Shown: positions 48,502 to 58,721 of the stretch, piece after piece
Numbering within the stretch: position 1 is the first letter of the stretch
How the letters are laid out: every line of letters starts with the position of its first letter
From: Rhodospirillaceae bacterium
Lineage (GTDB): Bacteria > Pseudomonadota > Alphaproteobacteria > Rhodospirillales > UBA2165
Assembly (NCBI GenBank): GCA_038127535.1
Contig: JAYPHU010000016.1
Coordinates: 8,019-72,018 of the forward strand
DNA: 64,000 nucleotides
Reading direction: 5' to 3'
The notes under the pieces: generated by a model
Database searches by the model: none
What the model was told of the DNA's origin: nothing
Seen by the model: only the letters and a program-made list of their open reading frames with translations
Made by a program: the position numbers and the translations under genes

Positions 48502-49326
48502 ATGGCGGACCAGCCGGACACAGCGAAAAATTCTTCCGAAGAACCTGCTGCGGAACAGGAGCAGGAACGCAGACAAGACTGGATGGATGATCTCCAGATT
48601 TGTCTGGGCTTCTTAACGCGCATACCCGTGCCCGGCGGCCCGGCCGTCAACAATCCCTCATTGGCCGAGGCGTCACGCTTCTTTCCAGTCGTCGGCATTT
48701 TGCTGGGCGCGATTGCCGTGTTTGTTCTGGTCGGCGCTCAAACCCTGGGCATCCCGCAGTCGGCGGCCATCTTGCTGGCGCTTTTGTCGATCACGTTGAT
48801 TTCGGGCGGCCTGCATGAGGACGGCTTGGCTGATACGGCGGACGGCCTCGGCGGCGGGTTCGACAAAGAACGGTCCCTAGAAATCATGTTGGACAGCCGC
48901 ATCGGCAGCTTCGGTGTTCTGGCCCTGATCTTCTGTGTCGGATTGAAATGGGCCGGCTTGGGGAGCCTGCCTGAACACGGCGCCGCCTTGGCGCTTTTCG
49001 GCGCAATTGTCGCCTCCCGAGGCGTACTGCCGATTTTCATGCGCTACGTGACGCCGGCCAAGGAAGACGGATTGTCGGCCGGCGCCGGCCAGCCGGAGTT
49101 CGACCGGGCCATCGTTTCCGCCGGAATTACGCTGATAGTCCTGTTTTTTGTCTTTGGCTTTTGGGCGAGCCTGCTGATTATCGTCGCAACGGCTGTCGTC
49201 ACCGGACTCTTTGTCTGGTGGGTGCGGCGGAAGATCGGCGGTCAAACCGGAGATATCCTTGGCGCCGTTCAGCAAATCAGTGAGGTGACTATCATCCTCA
49301 TGGCGGCGGCCGCGGGCGCGGTATGA
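48502..49326 (+). CDS. cobS: Adenosylcobinamide-GDP ribazoletransferase (cobalamin synthase)
   Basis: FLTRIPVP, GLHEDGLADTADG, GGQTGDILGA motifs. Start uncertain (48478, 48502 or 48583). Confidence 0.85.
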   Translation: MADQPDTAKNSSEEPAAEQEQERRQDWMDDLQICLGFLTRIPVPGGPAVNNPSLAEASRFFPVVGILLGAIAVFVLVGAQTLGIPQSAAILLALLSITLISGGLHEDGLADTADGLGGGFDKERSLEIMLDSRIGSFGVLALIFCVGLKWAGLGSLPEHGAALALFGAIVASRGVLPIFMRYVTPAKEDGLSAGAGQPEFDRAIVSAGITLIVLFFVFGFWASLLIIVATAVVTGLFVWWVRRKIGGQTGDILGAVQQISEVTIILMAAAAGAV

Positions 49327-49919
49327 CCGGTATGGTCCGTTGGTGGTGGATAAGGCATGCGCCAAGCGAAGGCGATCAAGGGATCGTCCACGGCCAGGAT
49401 GACGTGGCGGCCGACCTGAGCAACCAGGAGGCTGTCGCCGCCACCGTAGCCAGACTTCCCGACGACGCCGTGTGGCTAACCAGCACCATCCGCCGGGCCA
49501 AGGAAACGGCGCAGGCCTTGCGGCCCGGCGTCGCAACCACCGAGATCAAGGCCCTCGACGAACAGAATTACGGCATCTGGAACGGCCAGCGCTGGAACGA
49601 TCTGAAAGGCGAGGATGCCGAAGCGTTCTGGAAGGACTTCGCCAACAATAAGCCGCCGGAAGGCGAAAGCTATGTTGAACAGTATGCGCGCGTCTCGCAG
49701 GCGATCTTGGAGTTGAACCCTAAATATTCCGACCGCGACGTTATCGCCGTGGTCCATGCCGGCACCATCCGCTCCGCCATTGGCTTGGCTCTAGACTTGG
49801 CGCCGATGAAAGCGCTGTCGGTTCAGGTCGGCAATCTGTCCATCACCCGGATCAACGCCATCCCCATGGACGATGGCCTCAAATGGGCGGTCCACGCCGT
49901 CAATCTCCTCCCCGAATAG
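49323..49919 (+). CDS. cobC: Histidine-phosphatase family protein (alpha-ribazole phosphatase-like)
   Basis: WWWIRHAP (RHx catalytic motif) and AVVHAGTIR. ATGA overlap with cobS. Confidence 0.7.
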   Translation: MTGMVRWWWIRHAPSEGDQGIVHGQDDVAADLSNQEAVAATVARLPDDAVWLTSTIRRAKETAQALRPGVATTEIKALDEQNYGIWNGQRWNDLKGEDAEAFWKDFANNKPPEGESYVEQYARVSQAILELNPKYSDRDVIAVVHAGTIRSAIGLALDLAPMKALSVQVGNLSITRINAIPMDDGLKWAVHAVNLLPE

Positions 49920-49959
49920 CCGCCATAAGCTTTACGCCGCCCCTGCCGACCTGATATCG

Positions 49960-50120
49960 TCCTCGCGCCTTAGGGACAGGGAAGCCGGTGCAAGACCGGC
50001 GCTGCCCCCGCAACTGTAAGGGCCTTGGATCGTCCGCGCGGCAGCGCCGCAACCACTGACCAGAGTCGGGAAGGTGGACGTCCCGAAAGCCCAAGCCAGG
50101 AGACCTCCCCTCGGGCGCGC
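49960..50120 (+). promoter_or_regulatory. Cobalamin riboswitch (full-length form with peripheral extension) upstream of the cobU operon
   Basis: AGGGAAgccGGTGcaAgaCCggcGCTGCCCCCGCAACTGTAAGg, extension ..aaCCACTGaccagagtcGGGAAGGtg.., B12 box AGCCAGGAGACCTCC. Confidence 0.85.
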
Positions 50121-50160
50121 TTGAACGCAACAACATCCTCGGGTGGAGGGAGAACGTTCC

Positions 50161-50676
50161 ATGGCGGAGACGCCAACTCTCAACGGTATAACAGTGGTCC
50201 TGGGCGGCGCACGTTCCGGTAAGAGCGCGTTTGCCGAAAGCCTGTTCGCGTCCGTTGAGGCGGCTTACTACATTGCGACCGCCGAGGCGTTGGACAATGA
50301 AATGGCGGATCGCATCCAACAGCATCAATCCCGGCGGGGAGCGACCTGGACCACGGTAGAGGCGCCCCTTGATCTGGCGGGTGCTCTGACGGCAACAAAC
50401 ACGCCGGTGCTGGTCGATTGCCTAACCATTTGGCTCTCCAACCTCATGCATCATGAAAAAGACGCTGAGGCGGAAATCGACTCCCTTCTTGCAGCCCTTT
50501 CCGCTATGACACAGCCCGTTGTTCTTGTGTCGAACGAGGTGGGCGGCGGCATCGTGCCAGAGAACAAGCTGGCGCGGGAGTTTCGCGACCTCGCCGGTAT
50601 CATGAACCAAAAATTCGCGGCTGCGGCCGATCAGGTCTTTCTGATCACCGCCGGTCTGCCCCAACAATTGAAATAG
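50161..50676 (+). CDS. cobU: Bifunctional adenosylcobinamide kinase / adenosylcobinamide-phosphate guanylyltransferase
   Basis: VVLGGARSGKSAFAE P-loop; size and position. Start at ATG 50161, after GGAGGGAG. Confidence 0.85.
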   Translation: MAETPTLNGITVVLGGARSGKSAFAESLFASVEAAYYIATAEALDNEMADRIQQHQSRRGATWTTVEAPLDLAGALTATNTPVLVDCLTIWLSNLMHHEKDAEAEIDSLLAALSAMTQPVVLVSNEVGGGIVPENKLAREFRDLAGIMNQKFAAAADQVFLITAGLPQQLK

Positions 50677-50685
50677 GAACCATCC

Positions 50686-51729
50686 ATGCCTGAACTAGGA
50701 AAAATCCCCGTCACCGTGGTCACCGGCTTTTTGGGCGCCGGTAAAACGAGCCTGATCCGCCATCTCCTGGAAAACCCGCGGGGCAAGAAACTGGCGCTGA
50801 TCATCAACGAATTTGGCGATCTGGGCGTGGACGGCGATATCCTCAAAGGCTGCGGCGACGAGACCTGCACCGAAGACGATGTGATGGAACTGACCAACGG
50901 CTGCTTGTGCTGCACCGTCGCCGACGACTTTATCCCGACATTGGAAACCCTGCTCGACCGGGAAGACCGGCCCGACCATATCGTGATTGAGACCTCAGGC
51001 CTGGCCCTGCCGAAGCCGTTGGTTCAGGCCTTCCAATGGCCGGAAGTCCGGTCCCGCACCACCGTGGACGGGGTCGTGGTTGTGGTCGATGGCCCTGCCG
51101 TGAAGGCCGGACTGTTCGCCGATGATCCGGACCTGGTGCAGGCGCAGAGGGATGCGGACGACTCTCTCGACCATGAAAGCCCTCTGGAGGAATTGTTCGA
51201 GGATCAACTGGCCTGCGCTGACCTGGTGGTGATCAGCAAGTCGGACCTGATGACTGGCGAGGAACGCCAGGGCGTGATGAATACGGTCCGTCAGGAAACC
51301 CGGCCCTCGGTCAAGATGTTGAGCGCGGCGCACGGCAAGATCGATTCCGCGCTTTTGCTGGGCATGCGCGCGGCAGTCGAGGATGATCTGGATGGCCGTA
51401 AATCCCACCACGACGATCTGGACGGCGAACACGACCACGACGATTTCGACAGTATCGTGGTCACCCTGGGCCAGGCCGAAGACCAGGACGCGATCAAACA
51501 ACGGGTCGCGAACACTTTGGCGCAGGAAGGTGTGCTACGGGTGAAAGGCGTGATCGACGTCGCCGGCAAACCGGCGCGCCTTATGGTGCAGGGCGTCGGC
51601 CCCCGGGTCGATTGCTATTATGACCGGCCCTGGGCGGACGGCGAGATGCGGCAAAGCCGGCTGGTGGTCATCGGCCTGCACGATTTTGACCGGGCGGCAG
51701 CCGAGGCGGCGTTGAAGCCCCCGGTCTGA
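50686..51729 (+). CDS. cobW: Cobalamin biosynthesis GTPase CobW
   Basis: GFLGAGKTSLI, NGCLCCTV, His/Asp-rich HHDDLDGEHDHDDFD. Immediately upstream of cobN. Confidence 0.9.
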   Translation: MPELGKIPVTVVTGFLGAGKTSLIRHLLENPRGKKLALIINEFGDLGVDGDILKGCGDETCTEDDVMELTNGCLCCTVADDFIPTLETLLDREDRPDHIVIETSGLALPKPLVQAFQWPEVRSRTTVDGVVVVVDGPAVKAGLFADDPDLVQAQRDADDSLDHESPLEELFEDQLACADLVVISKSDLMTGEERQGVMNTVRQETRPSVKMLSAAHGKIDSALLLGMRAAVEDDLDGRKSHHDDLDGEHDHDDFDSIVVTLGQAEDQDAIKQRVANTLAQEGVLRVKGVIDVAGKPARLMVQGVGPRVDCYYDRPWADGEMRQSRLVVIGLHDFDRAAAEAALKPPV

Positions 51730-54700
51730 TGCACCTTCTCGTCACCCAGCCCGGCCAGATCAACGACGGCAGCGAAGCCGTCGATCTCGGCCAGTCGCCG
51801 GGTGACATCGTTTTCCTATCCGCCGCCGCCAGCGATCTGATGCTGTTGGCGGAAACCTACGGGGAGATGGCGGGGGGACTCCCCAGCCTCCGGCTCGCCA
51901 ATCTGATGCAGCTCAGCCACAACATGTCGGTCGATGTGTATGTGGAGAACACGCTCGCCTCGGCGAAACTGATCATCGTGCGGCTGCTGGGCGGCACCGG
52001 CTATTGGCCTTACGGGCTGGAACGGATCAGCGCGCTCTGCCGGGAGAAAAACCTCAAACTCGTCGTCATTCCGGGCGACGATCACCCGGACCCGGAGCTG
52101 CAGTCCTATTCCACCCTCCCCTCCGACGTCTGCCACCGCATCTGGCAGTACTGCGCCCATGGGGGCCGGGGCAATGCGGAGAACCTGTTGACGTTCTGCG
52201 CCTCGCTTTTGGAGCGCGATGTCAATTGGCTGGAGCCCGCGCCGTTGGTCCGGGCAGGCCTCTACTGGCCCAGCGTTCCCCTGCCGGTCTTGGAAGATGT
52301 GCAGGAATATTGGCAAGAAGACGCGCCGACGGCGGCCATCGTGTTTTACCGGGCGCTGGTGCAAGCCGGCGATCTGGCGCCGGTAAACGCCCTGATCAAA
52401 GCGCTGCAAGAGCGCGGGCTAAACCCCCTGCCCCTGTTTGTCGGCAGCCTCAAAGAGGCGGCCTGCGCAGAAATCGTCAAATCTTATTTGGCGGAAACCG
52501 AGGCCAACATCATTCTCAATCTGACCGGGTTCGCCGTTTCCACGCCAGGCGCCGAAACCAGTGACACGCCGTTTACCGATGCTGATTGCCCGGTGCTGCA
52601 AGTGATCCTGTCCGGCGGCGATGAAGACGGCTGGCGGGAAACCGCCCGCGGTCTTGCGCCCCGCGATCTAGCCATGAGCGTGGCGCTTCCGGAAGTGGAT
52701 GGCCGGATCATTACCCGTGCCATTTCCTTCAAGAAAGCGGACGGGTTTGACCAGCGGACCGAGGTTGCCCTGGTGCGCCATGAACCGGTCCCCGACCGGG
52801 TCGACTTTACCGCGCGCCTCGCCGCCAACTGGTGCCGGCTCCGGCAAATACAAGAAGCCAACCGCCGGGTGGCCATCGTGCTGGCCAATTATCCCAACCG
52901 GGACGGACGGCTGTGCAACGGGGTCGGGCTGGACACGCCGGCCGGTGTGGCGGCGGCGATCCTGCGGTTAAATGCGGATGGCTATAAAATCGGCCACGCC
53001 CCGGCAGACGGCCCGGCGCTGATGGATATCCTGCTGGAAGGGCCCACCAATGCTCCGGGAGACCGCGAAGGCGGCGAACGAATTTCCCTCGATGACTACC
53101 TGCAGTTCTTCGACAGCTTGCCGCACGAAGTGCGCGGAGAGGTGAGGGAACGATGGGGCGCACCGGAGACCGATCCGTTCTTCGCCGACGGGGCCTTTGT
53201 TTTACCGGCGCATCGCTTCGGCAATCTGGCCGTTGCGATCCAGCCGGCCCGTGGCTACAACATCGATCCAGTAGAAAGCTATCACAATCCGGACCTGGTC
53301 CCGCCCCATGGCTATCTCGCCTTTTATGCGTGGCTGCGCCGAAGCTTCAACGCCCATGCCGTCATCCATTTCGGCAAACACGGCAATCTGGAATGGCTGC
53401 CCGGCAAGGCGCTGGCGCTCAGCGAGGACTGCTTCCCGGAAGCGGCTCTTGGCGCCCTGCCCCACCTCTATCCGTTTATCGTCAACGATCCCGGCGAAGG
53501 CACCCAGGCCAAGCGCCGCGCCCAGGCGGTGATTGTCGATCATCTAACGCCACCCCTGACCAGGGCAGAGAGCTATGGTCCGTTGCGCGATCTCGAGCAA
53601 CTTGTCGATGAATACTACCTGGCCGCCGGCATGGACCCACGCCGGCTCAAGCTTCTCTCCGAACAGATTCTGGAGCTTGGCCAGCGTATCGGATTGGACC
53701 GGGACGCCGGCATTATTGAGGGCGATACCGAAACGGACTCACTGGCCAAGATCGACAATTATCTGTGCGAGCTGAAGGAAATGCAGATCAGGGACGGGCT
53801 CCACGTGTTCGGCCAATCGCCGGACGGCGGGCTGCTCACCGACCTGCTTATCGCGCTGACCCGCCTGCCCCGTGGCGATGGGAAGGACGGCAACGCTTCG
53901 CTCATCCGGGCGCTGGCCGCTGACCTGGGATTGGGCGAGTTCGATCCGCTGGATTGCGAAATGGGCGCACCCTGGACCGGGCCCACTCCGGCGGCGTTAG
54001 ACAATGACACCCCCTGGCGCACCAACGGCGACACGGTGGAGCGGCTAGAACTTCTGGCCCAGGCTCTGGTGAGCGGCGAAACCCAAGCTGAGCCGGCGTG
54101 GGACCAGACCAACACCGTCCTCGCCTATATCGACCAGCAGCTCCGGCCCATGGTCACCCGCTGCGGCGAACAGGAATTAAACGGCCTGGCCGCCGGGCTC
54201 GCGGGCAAGTTCGTGGCGCCGGGCGCCAGCGGTGCACCGACCAGAGGCCGGCTGGACACGCTGCCCACGGGCCGCAATTTCTATTCGGTGGATTGCCGGG
54301 CGATCCCGACACCAGCCGCCTGGTCCTTGGGCTGGAAGTCCGCCACCTTGCTGATCGAGCGCTATTTCCAGGATCATGGAGAATACCCGCGCCGCCTCGC
54401 CGTCAGCGCCTGGGGCACCGCCAACATGCGGACCGGCGGCGACGATGTCGCTCAGGCACTGGCGCTGATGGGGGTGAAACCGGTCTGGGATCAGCAGTCC
54501 CAGCGGGTCACTGGGTTCGAGGTCATTCCGGCGAATGTCCTCGGCCGGCCGCGGGTCGACATGATGTTCCGCATCTCCGGCTTTTTCCGGGACGCCTTTC
54601 CGGCGCAGGTCGACCTATTGGACAGCGCCGCCCGCGCCGTCGCCGCCTTGGATGAAGATGACGCGACCAACCCGATGGCGGCGCAGTTCCGCAGCGATCA

Positions 54701-55460
54701 GGCCAAACTGACCAAGAACGGGATGGAGGCGGAGGACGCCGCACGCAAAGCCGGGCATCGGGTGTTTGGCTCCAAGCCCGGCGCGTACGGCGCAGGCCTA
54801 CAGGCGCTGATTGATGAGAACGGCTGGGACGGGGATGAGGATCTGGCCCAAGCCTACGTGGTCTGGGGCGGCTATGCCTATGGCGGCGGGGTGGAAGGTG
54901 CTGCGGAACACGGGCTGTTCGAGACCCGGCTGAAGGCGGTTGAAGCGGTGATCCACAATCAGGACAACCGGGAACACGACCTGTTGGACAGCGACGACTA
55001 TTACCAGTTCGAAGGCGGGATCACCGCCGCCGTCCGGCATTTGTCCGGCGAACAGCCCGCCGTTTATCATAATGATCACAGCCGGCCGGAGTCGCCTAAG
55101 GTGCGAACACTTGAGGACGAGATCGGCCGCGTGGTCCGCGCTCGCGCCGCCAACCCCAAATGGATCGATGGCGTCATGCGCCACGGCTACAAGGGCGCGT
55201 TCGAGATTGCGGCGACGGTCGACTACCTCTACGCCTTTGCCGCCACCGCACGGGTCGTGCAGGATCATCACTTCGAGCAATTGTTCGACGCCTATTTGGA
55301 TGACGACCGGGTGCGGGACTTCATCGAAGAGAACAACCCGGCGGCCCTTCGGGAAATCGCGGAGACATTTGAGCGGTCTATTGAGCGGGGCTTCTGGCAT
55401 CCGCGCGCCAATTCAGCCGGGCAGTTACTGGCCCGGCTCAGACAGGGAGAAGCGGCATGA
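51729..55460 (+). CDS. cobN: Cobaltochelatase large subunit CobN
   Basis: 1243 aa. Conserved blocks AVIHFGKHGNLEWLPGK, DHLTPP, DNREHDLLDSDDYYQFEGG. Confidence 0.95.
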   Translation: MHLLVTQPGQINDGSEAVDLGQSPGDIVFLSAAASDLMLLAETYGEMAGGLPSLRLANLMQLSHNMSVDVYVENTLASAKLIIVRLLGGTGYWPYGLERISALCREKNLKLVVIPGDDHPDPELQSYSTLPSDVCHRIWQYCAHGGRGNAENLLTFCASLLERDVNWLEPAPLVRAGLYWPSVPLPVLEDVQEYWQEDAPTAAIVFYRALVQAGDLAPVNALIKALQERGLNPLPLFVGSLKEAACAEIVKSYLAETEANIILNLTGFAVSTPGAETSDTPFTDADCPVLQVILSGGDEDGWRETARGLAPRDLAMSVALPEVDGRIITRAISFKKADGFDQRTEVALVRHEPVPDRVDFTARLAANWCRLRQIQEANRRVAIVLANYPNRDGRLCNGVGLDTPAGVAAAILRLNADGYKIGHAPADGPALMDILLEGPTNAPGDREGGERISLDDYLQFFDSLPHEVRGEVRERWGAPETDPFFADGAFVLPAHRFGNLAVAIQPARGYNIDPVESYHNPDLVPPHGYLAFYAWLRRSFNAHAVIHFGKHGNLEWLPGKALALSEDCFPEAALGALPHLYPFIVNDPGEGTQAKRRAQAVIVDHLTPPLTRAESYGPLRDLEQLVDEYYLAAGMDPRRLKLLSEQILELGQRIGLDRDAGIIEGDTETDSLAKIDNYLCELKEMQIRDGLHVFGQSPDGGLLTDLLIALTRLPRGDGKDGNASLIRALAADLGLGEFDPLDCEMGAPWTGPTPAALDNDTPWRTNGDTVERLELLAQALVSGETQAEPAWDQTNTVLAYIDQQLRPMVTRCGEQELNGLAAGLAGKFVAPGASGAPTRGRLDTLPTGRNFYSVDCRAIPTPAAWSLGWKSATLLIERYFQDHGEYPRRLAVSAWGTANMRTGGDDVAQALALMGVKPVWDQQSQRVTGFEVIPANVLGRPRVDMMFRISGFFRDAFPAQVDLLDSAARAVAALDEDDATNPMAAQFRSDQAKLTKNGMEAEDAARKAGHRVFGSKPGAYGAGLQALIDENGWDGDEDLAQAYVVWGGYAYGGGVEGAAEHGLFETRLKAVEAVIHNQDNREHDLLDSDDYYQFEGGITAAVRHLSGEQPAVYHNDHSRPESPKVRTLEDEIGRVVRARAANPKWIDGVMRHGYKGAFEIAATVDYLYAFAATARVVQDHHFEQLFDAYLDDDRVRDFIEENNPAALREIAETFERSIERGFWHPRANSAGQLLARLRQGEAA

Positions 55461-56086
55461 GCACATCAGACGGGAACCTGACGGAAGAAGAGATCAACGC
55501 GCGGGCCAACGAAAAGCGCCGCAAGCACAAAGAGGCCAAGGACCGTATCCTCGCCAAAAAAGTCAACGAAGGCGGTTTGCTCGCCGTGCATACCGGCAAA
55601 GGCAAAGGCAAGACCACGGCCGCCATGGGCATGGTCGCTCGCTGCATCGGCCACGGCATGAAGGTCGGCATCGTACAGTTCGTCAAAGGCAAGTGGGAGA
55701 CCGGCGAGCGGGTTGTGCTGGAAACCTTCCCCGATCAAGTCACAATCACCGCCATGGGCGAAGGTTTCACCTGGGAAACCCAGGACCGCGCACGCGACAT
55801 CGAGGCCGCCAACGCCGCCTGGGCGCGAGCCAAGGAGATGATCCTGGACCCGGCGAACGACATGGTGCTGCTAGACGAGATCAACATCGTGCTCCGCAAC
55901 GACTATCTCGACATCAACGAGGTGGTGGAGTTCCTCAAAGACAAGCCGGCGGACGTTCACGTCATCTGCACCGGCCGCAATGCCAAGCAGGAGCTTATCG
56001 AGATCGCCGACCTGGTCACCGAGATGACCGAAATCAAACACCATTTCCGCGCCGACTTTAAAGCTCAGGCGGGTATCGAGTTCTAG
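55457..56086 (+). CDS. cobO: Cob(I)yrinic acid a,c-diamide adenosyltransferase
   Basis: HTGKGKGKTTAAMG P-loop and LDEINIVL. ATGA overlap with cobN. Confidence 0.9.
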   Translation: MSTSDGNLTEEEINARANEKRRKHKEAKDRILAKKVNEGGLLAVHTGKGKGKTTAAMGMVARCIGHGMKVGIVQFVKGKWETGERVVLETFPDQVTITAMGEGFTWETQDRARDIEAANAAWARAKEMILDPANDMVLLDEINIVLRNDYLDINEVVEFLKDKPADVHVICTGRNAKQELIEIADLVTEMTEIKHHFRADFKAQAGIEF

Positions 56087-56101
56087 CCGGCGCGCGCAAC
56101 C

Positions 56102-57562
56102 ATGTCCGCCAAAGCCATCATGTTGCAGGGGACCGGCTCCGACGTCGGTAAGTCGCTGCTGGCCGCAGGACTGTGCCGGGCGTTTGTGACGCGGGGGCTC
56201 ACTGTCCGGCCGTTTAAGTCGCAGAACATGTCCAACAATGCCGCCGTGACGCCCGACGGCGGCGAGATCGGCCGGGCCCAGGCGCTCCAGGCCCGCGCCT
56301 GTGGCGTTGCGCCCAACGTGCATATGAACCCGGTGCTGCTGAAGCCCCAATCCGACGTCGGCGCGCAGCTTGTGGTTCAAGGCAAGGTGCGGGGCCACTA
56401 CAACGCCCGCGCCTTTCAGCCGGTGAAGAAGGAACTTATGAGCGACGTTCTCGCCAGCTTTGAGATCATGAAGGCGGAGGCCGACATCGTCGTGGTCGAA
56501 GGGGCTGGCAGCGCGGCGGAAGTAAATTTACGAGAAAACGATATCGCCAATATGGGATTCGCCATAGCCGCGCAGGTCCCGGTGATCCTGGTCGCCGACA
56601 TCGACCGGGGCGGCGTCATCGCCAGCCTGGTCGGCACCCACGCGCTGCTGCCCGATGACGAGCGCGCGCTGCTCAAGGGCTATATCATCAACAAGTTCCG
56701 GGGCGACGTGAGCCTGTTCGATGAGGGCCTGACCGCGATCACGGACAAGACCGGCCTCGCCGCCTTCGGCATTCTGCCCCATCTGGCGGCGGCGGCGCGC
56801 CTGCCCCAGGAAGACGCCATGTCGTTGGAGAACCAGGAACGGCTGACCGGCGACGGACCGATCAAAATCGCCGTCCCCCGTCTCGCCCACATCGCCAACT
56901 TCGATGACTTCGATCCGTTGATCGCGGAAGCCGACGTCGCCCTCGACATCATCCCGACGGGTGAAGCTTTGCCCGGTGATGCGGACCTGGTCATCCTCCC
57001 AGGCTCCAAAACCACCATCGCCGACTTGGAAGATTTCCGCCGGCAGGGCTGGGACATCGATTTGGCCGCGCATCTCCGGCGGGGCGGCGCGGCGCTGGGC
57101 ATCTGCGCAGGGTACCAGATGCTCGGCCAAACCATCAGCGATCCCGACGGCGTGGAGGGCAGCTTGGGTGCGATCGACGGCCTCGGCCATCTGTCCCACG
57201 ACACGGTACTGGCCGGCGACAAGACGCTGACCGTGGTCACCGGGGAAGCTTGCGATGGTTTGGGCGCTGTGAGCGGCTATGAAATGCACATCGGCAAAAC
57301 ATCATCTGCCAACAAAGCCCATTTTCTGACATTGGACGGCAATCCTCATGGGGCCATCTCCGCCGACGGCCGGATCATGGGCTGCTATGTGCACGGGTTA
57401 TTTTCCAGCGACGCCTTCCGCCATAATTTTCTCAACCGGCTGAAAAGCCGCGATGCCTCCAGCCTCGCCTATGAAGCGCAGGTCGAGGCGGCATTGGACG
57501 AGCTCGCCTCGGCGATTGAGACGCATCTGGATGTTGAGGGGATTTTGGCGGCGGCGGGGTGA
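56102..57562 (+). CDS. cobQ: Cobyric acid synthase
   Basis: IMLQGTGSDVGKS, VVEGAGSAAEVNLR, and the C-terminal GATase domain GICAGYQMLG...HG. Confidence 0.95.
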   Translation: MSAKAIMLQGTGSDVGKSLLAAGLCRAFVTRGLTVRPFKSQNMSNNAAVTPDGGEIGRAQALQARACGVAPNVHMNPVLLKPQSDVGAQLVVQGKVRGHYNARAFQPVKKELMSDVLASFEIMKAEADIVVVEGAGSAAEVNLRENDIANMGFAIAAQVPVILVADIDRGGVIASLVGTHALLPDDERALLKGYIINKFRGDVSLFDEGLTAITDKTGLAAFGILPHLAAAARLPQEDAMSLENQERLTGDGPIKIAVPRLAHIANFDDFDPLIAEADVALDIIPTGEALPGDADLVILPGSKTTIADLEDFRRQGWDIDLAAHLRRGGAALGICAGYQMLGQTISDPDGVEGSLGAIDGLGHLSHDTVLAGDKTLTVVTGEACDGLGAVSGYEMHIGKTSSANKAHFLTLDGNPHGAISADGRIMGCYVHGLFSSDAFRHNFLNRLKSRDASSLAYEAQVEAALDELASAIETHLDVEGILAAAG

Positions 57563-57594
57563 GGTCACTTTAACATCGTCATCTCTCTTACTGC

Positions 57595-57733
57595 GTCACC
57601 CCCGAGCCTGCCTACGCGAGGTTTTAGCGAAGGCAGGTTGGCGAAGCCAAGTCTCGGGGGACCATGGGACCAAGCGACCTGAGCGGAAACGCCGAATGGA
57701 CCCCCGACATTTGCTTCGCAGGTCGGGGGCGAC
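57595..57733. repeat. Two REP-like hairpins of the same family as 10463-10497, between convergent cobQ and cobD
   Basis: GTCACCCCCGAG-CCTGCC...GGCAGG...CTCGGGGGAC (57595-57662) and CCCCCGAC-atttgcttcgcag-GTCGGGGG (57701-57729). The loop ttgcttcgca is the reverse complement of the 10463 element loop. Confidence 0.6.
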
Positions 57734-57752
57734 GCTTCTAGAGGTTGGGTGA

Positions 57753-58721
57753 TTAGGATTCCGCCACCAGCCCCACCAGCAGCACAAACATCACCACGCA
57801 CGCGTTGACATAGACCCGGAGCCCGGCGACGATATCGGCAGGCGTCGCATCCTCCCGGCCCTCGCCGAGCCAGAGCTCATCAACCGCCTGCCCATCATAG
57901 ACCCTGGGACCCGACAGGCGGACATCCAGCGCGCCGGCCATTGCCGCTTCGGGCACCCCGGCATTGGGAGAGCGGTGCTTTCGCCCGTCCCGCCACAAGG
58001 TCTTGAGACTGTCCGCCGCACCACCCGGCCGGTGCACCAGCGCGGCGATGACAATCAACAGCCCGGCGATTCTGGACGGGATAAGATTAGCGAAGTCATC
58101 CAGCTTCGCCGCCGCCCAGCCGAAGTCGCCGTGTTTCTGATTGAGATGCCCGATCATGCTGTCCGCCGTGTTGAGGGATTTATAGATCAGCAAGCCCGGC
58201 AGGCCGAACAGCAGGGCCCAGAACACCGGCGCAACCACCCCGTCGGAAAAATTCTCGGCCAAGGACTCCAGCGAGGCCCGCGAGACCCCTGCCTCGTCCA
58301 AAGTGTCTGTCTGGCGGCCGACGATTTTGCCGACGGCCGCGCGCCCGGCGTCCAGGCCTTCGCCTTCCAAAGCCGACGCCACATCACCCACATGTAGATA
58401 GAGACTCTTCTGCGCCAAGAGTGTCGACATGAGGACGCCCAGGATAATCCAGCCATAGGGCACGCCGTCGAGCCAGCACGTCAGATAGACGGCGACCGCC
58501 CCCCAGAACACCGACAACGCGATGATCGCAAACAGCCCGAGCAATCGCCGGAGGCAGTGCGCCAAAGCCGGCCGGTTCAGCGTATCATCCATCAGGCCGA
58601 CCAAACGCCCCATGATCACTGCCGGATGGGGGATAATCCGGTAAAACGCCGGCGGGTCACCGATCACCGCGTCCACGGCCAGCGCAACCAGCAAAATCGG
58701 CAGAATATTGTCGAGCAGCAT
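57753..58721 (-). CDS. cobD: Adenosylcobinamide-phosphate synthase
   Basis: AVDAVIGDPP..HPAVIMG N-terminus, NTADSMIGH, SPNAG motifs (CbiB/CobD). Confidence 0.9.
   Translation of the reverse strand: MLLDNILPILLVALAVDAVIGDPPAFYRIIPHPAVIMGRLVGLMDDTLNRPALAHCLRRLLGLFAIIALSVFWGAVAVYLTCWLDGVPYGWIILGVLMSTLLAQKSLYLHVGDVASALEGEGLDAGRAAVGKIVGRQTDTLDEAGVSRASLESLAENFSDGVVAPVFWALLFGLPGLLIYKSLNTADSMIGHLNQKHGDFGWAAAKLDDFANLIPSRIAGLLIVIAALVHRPGGAADSLKTLWRDGRKHRSPNAGVPEAAMAGALDVRLSGPRVYDGQAVDELWLGEGREDATPADIVAGLRVYVNACVVMFVLLVGLVAES

Noticed and set aside
49900-50328. ORFs (142, 83, 68 and 65 aa) covering the cobC-cobU intergenic region
   Set aside because: The region contains all conserved blocks of a cobalamin riboswitch. 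The ORFs have no RBS and give Arg/Gly-rich translations.
55072-56061. 329-aa alternate-frame plus-strand ORF across the cobN/cobO junction
   Set aside because: It is out of frame with the clearly conserved CobN C-terminus and CobO. The translation is extremely Arg/Gly/Pro/Ser-rich.
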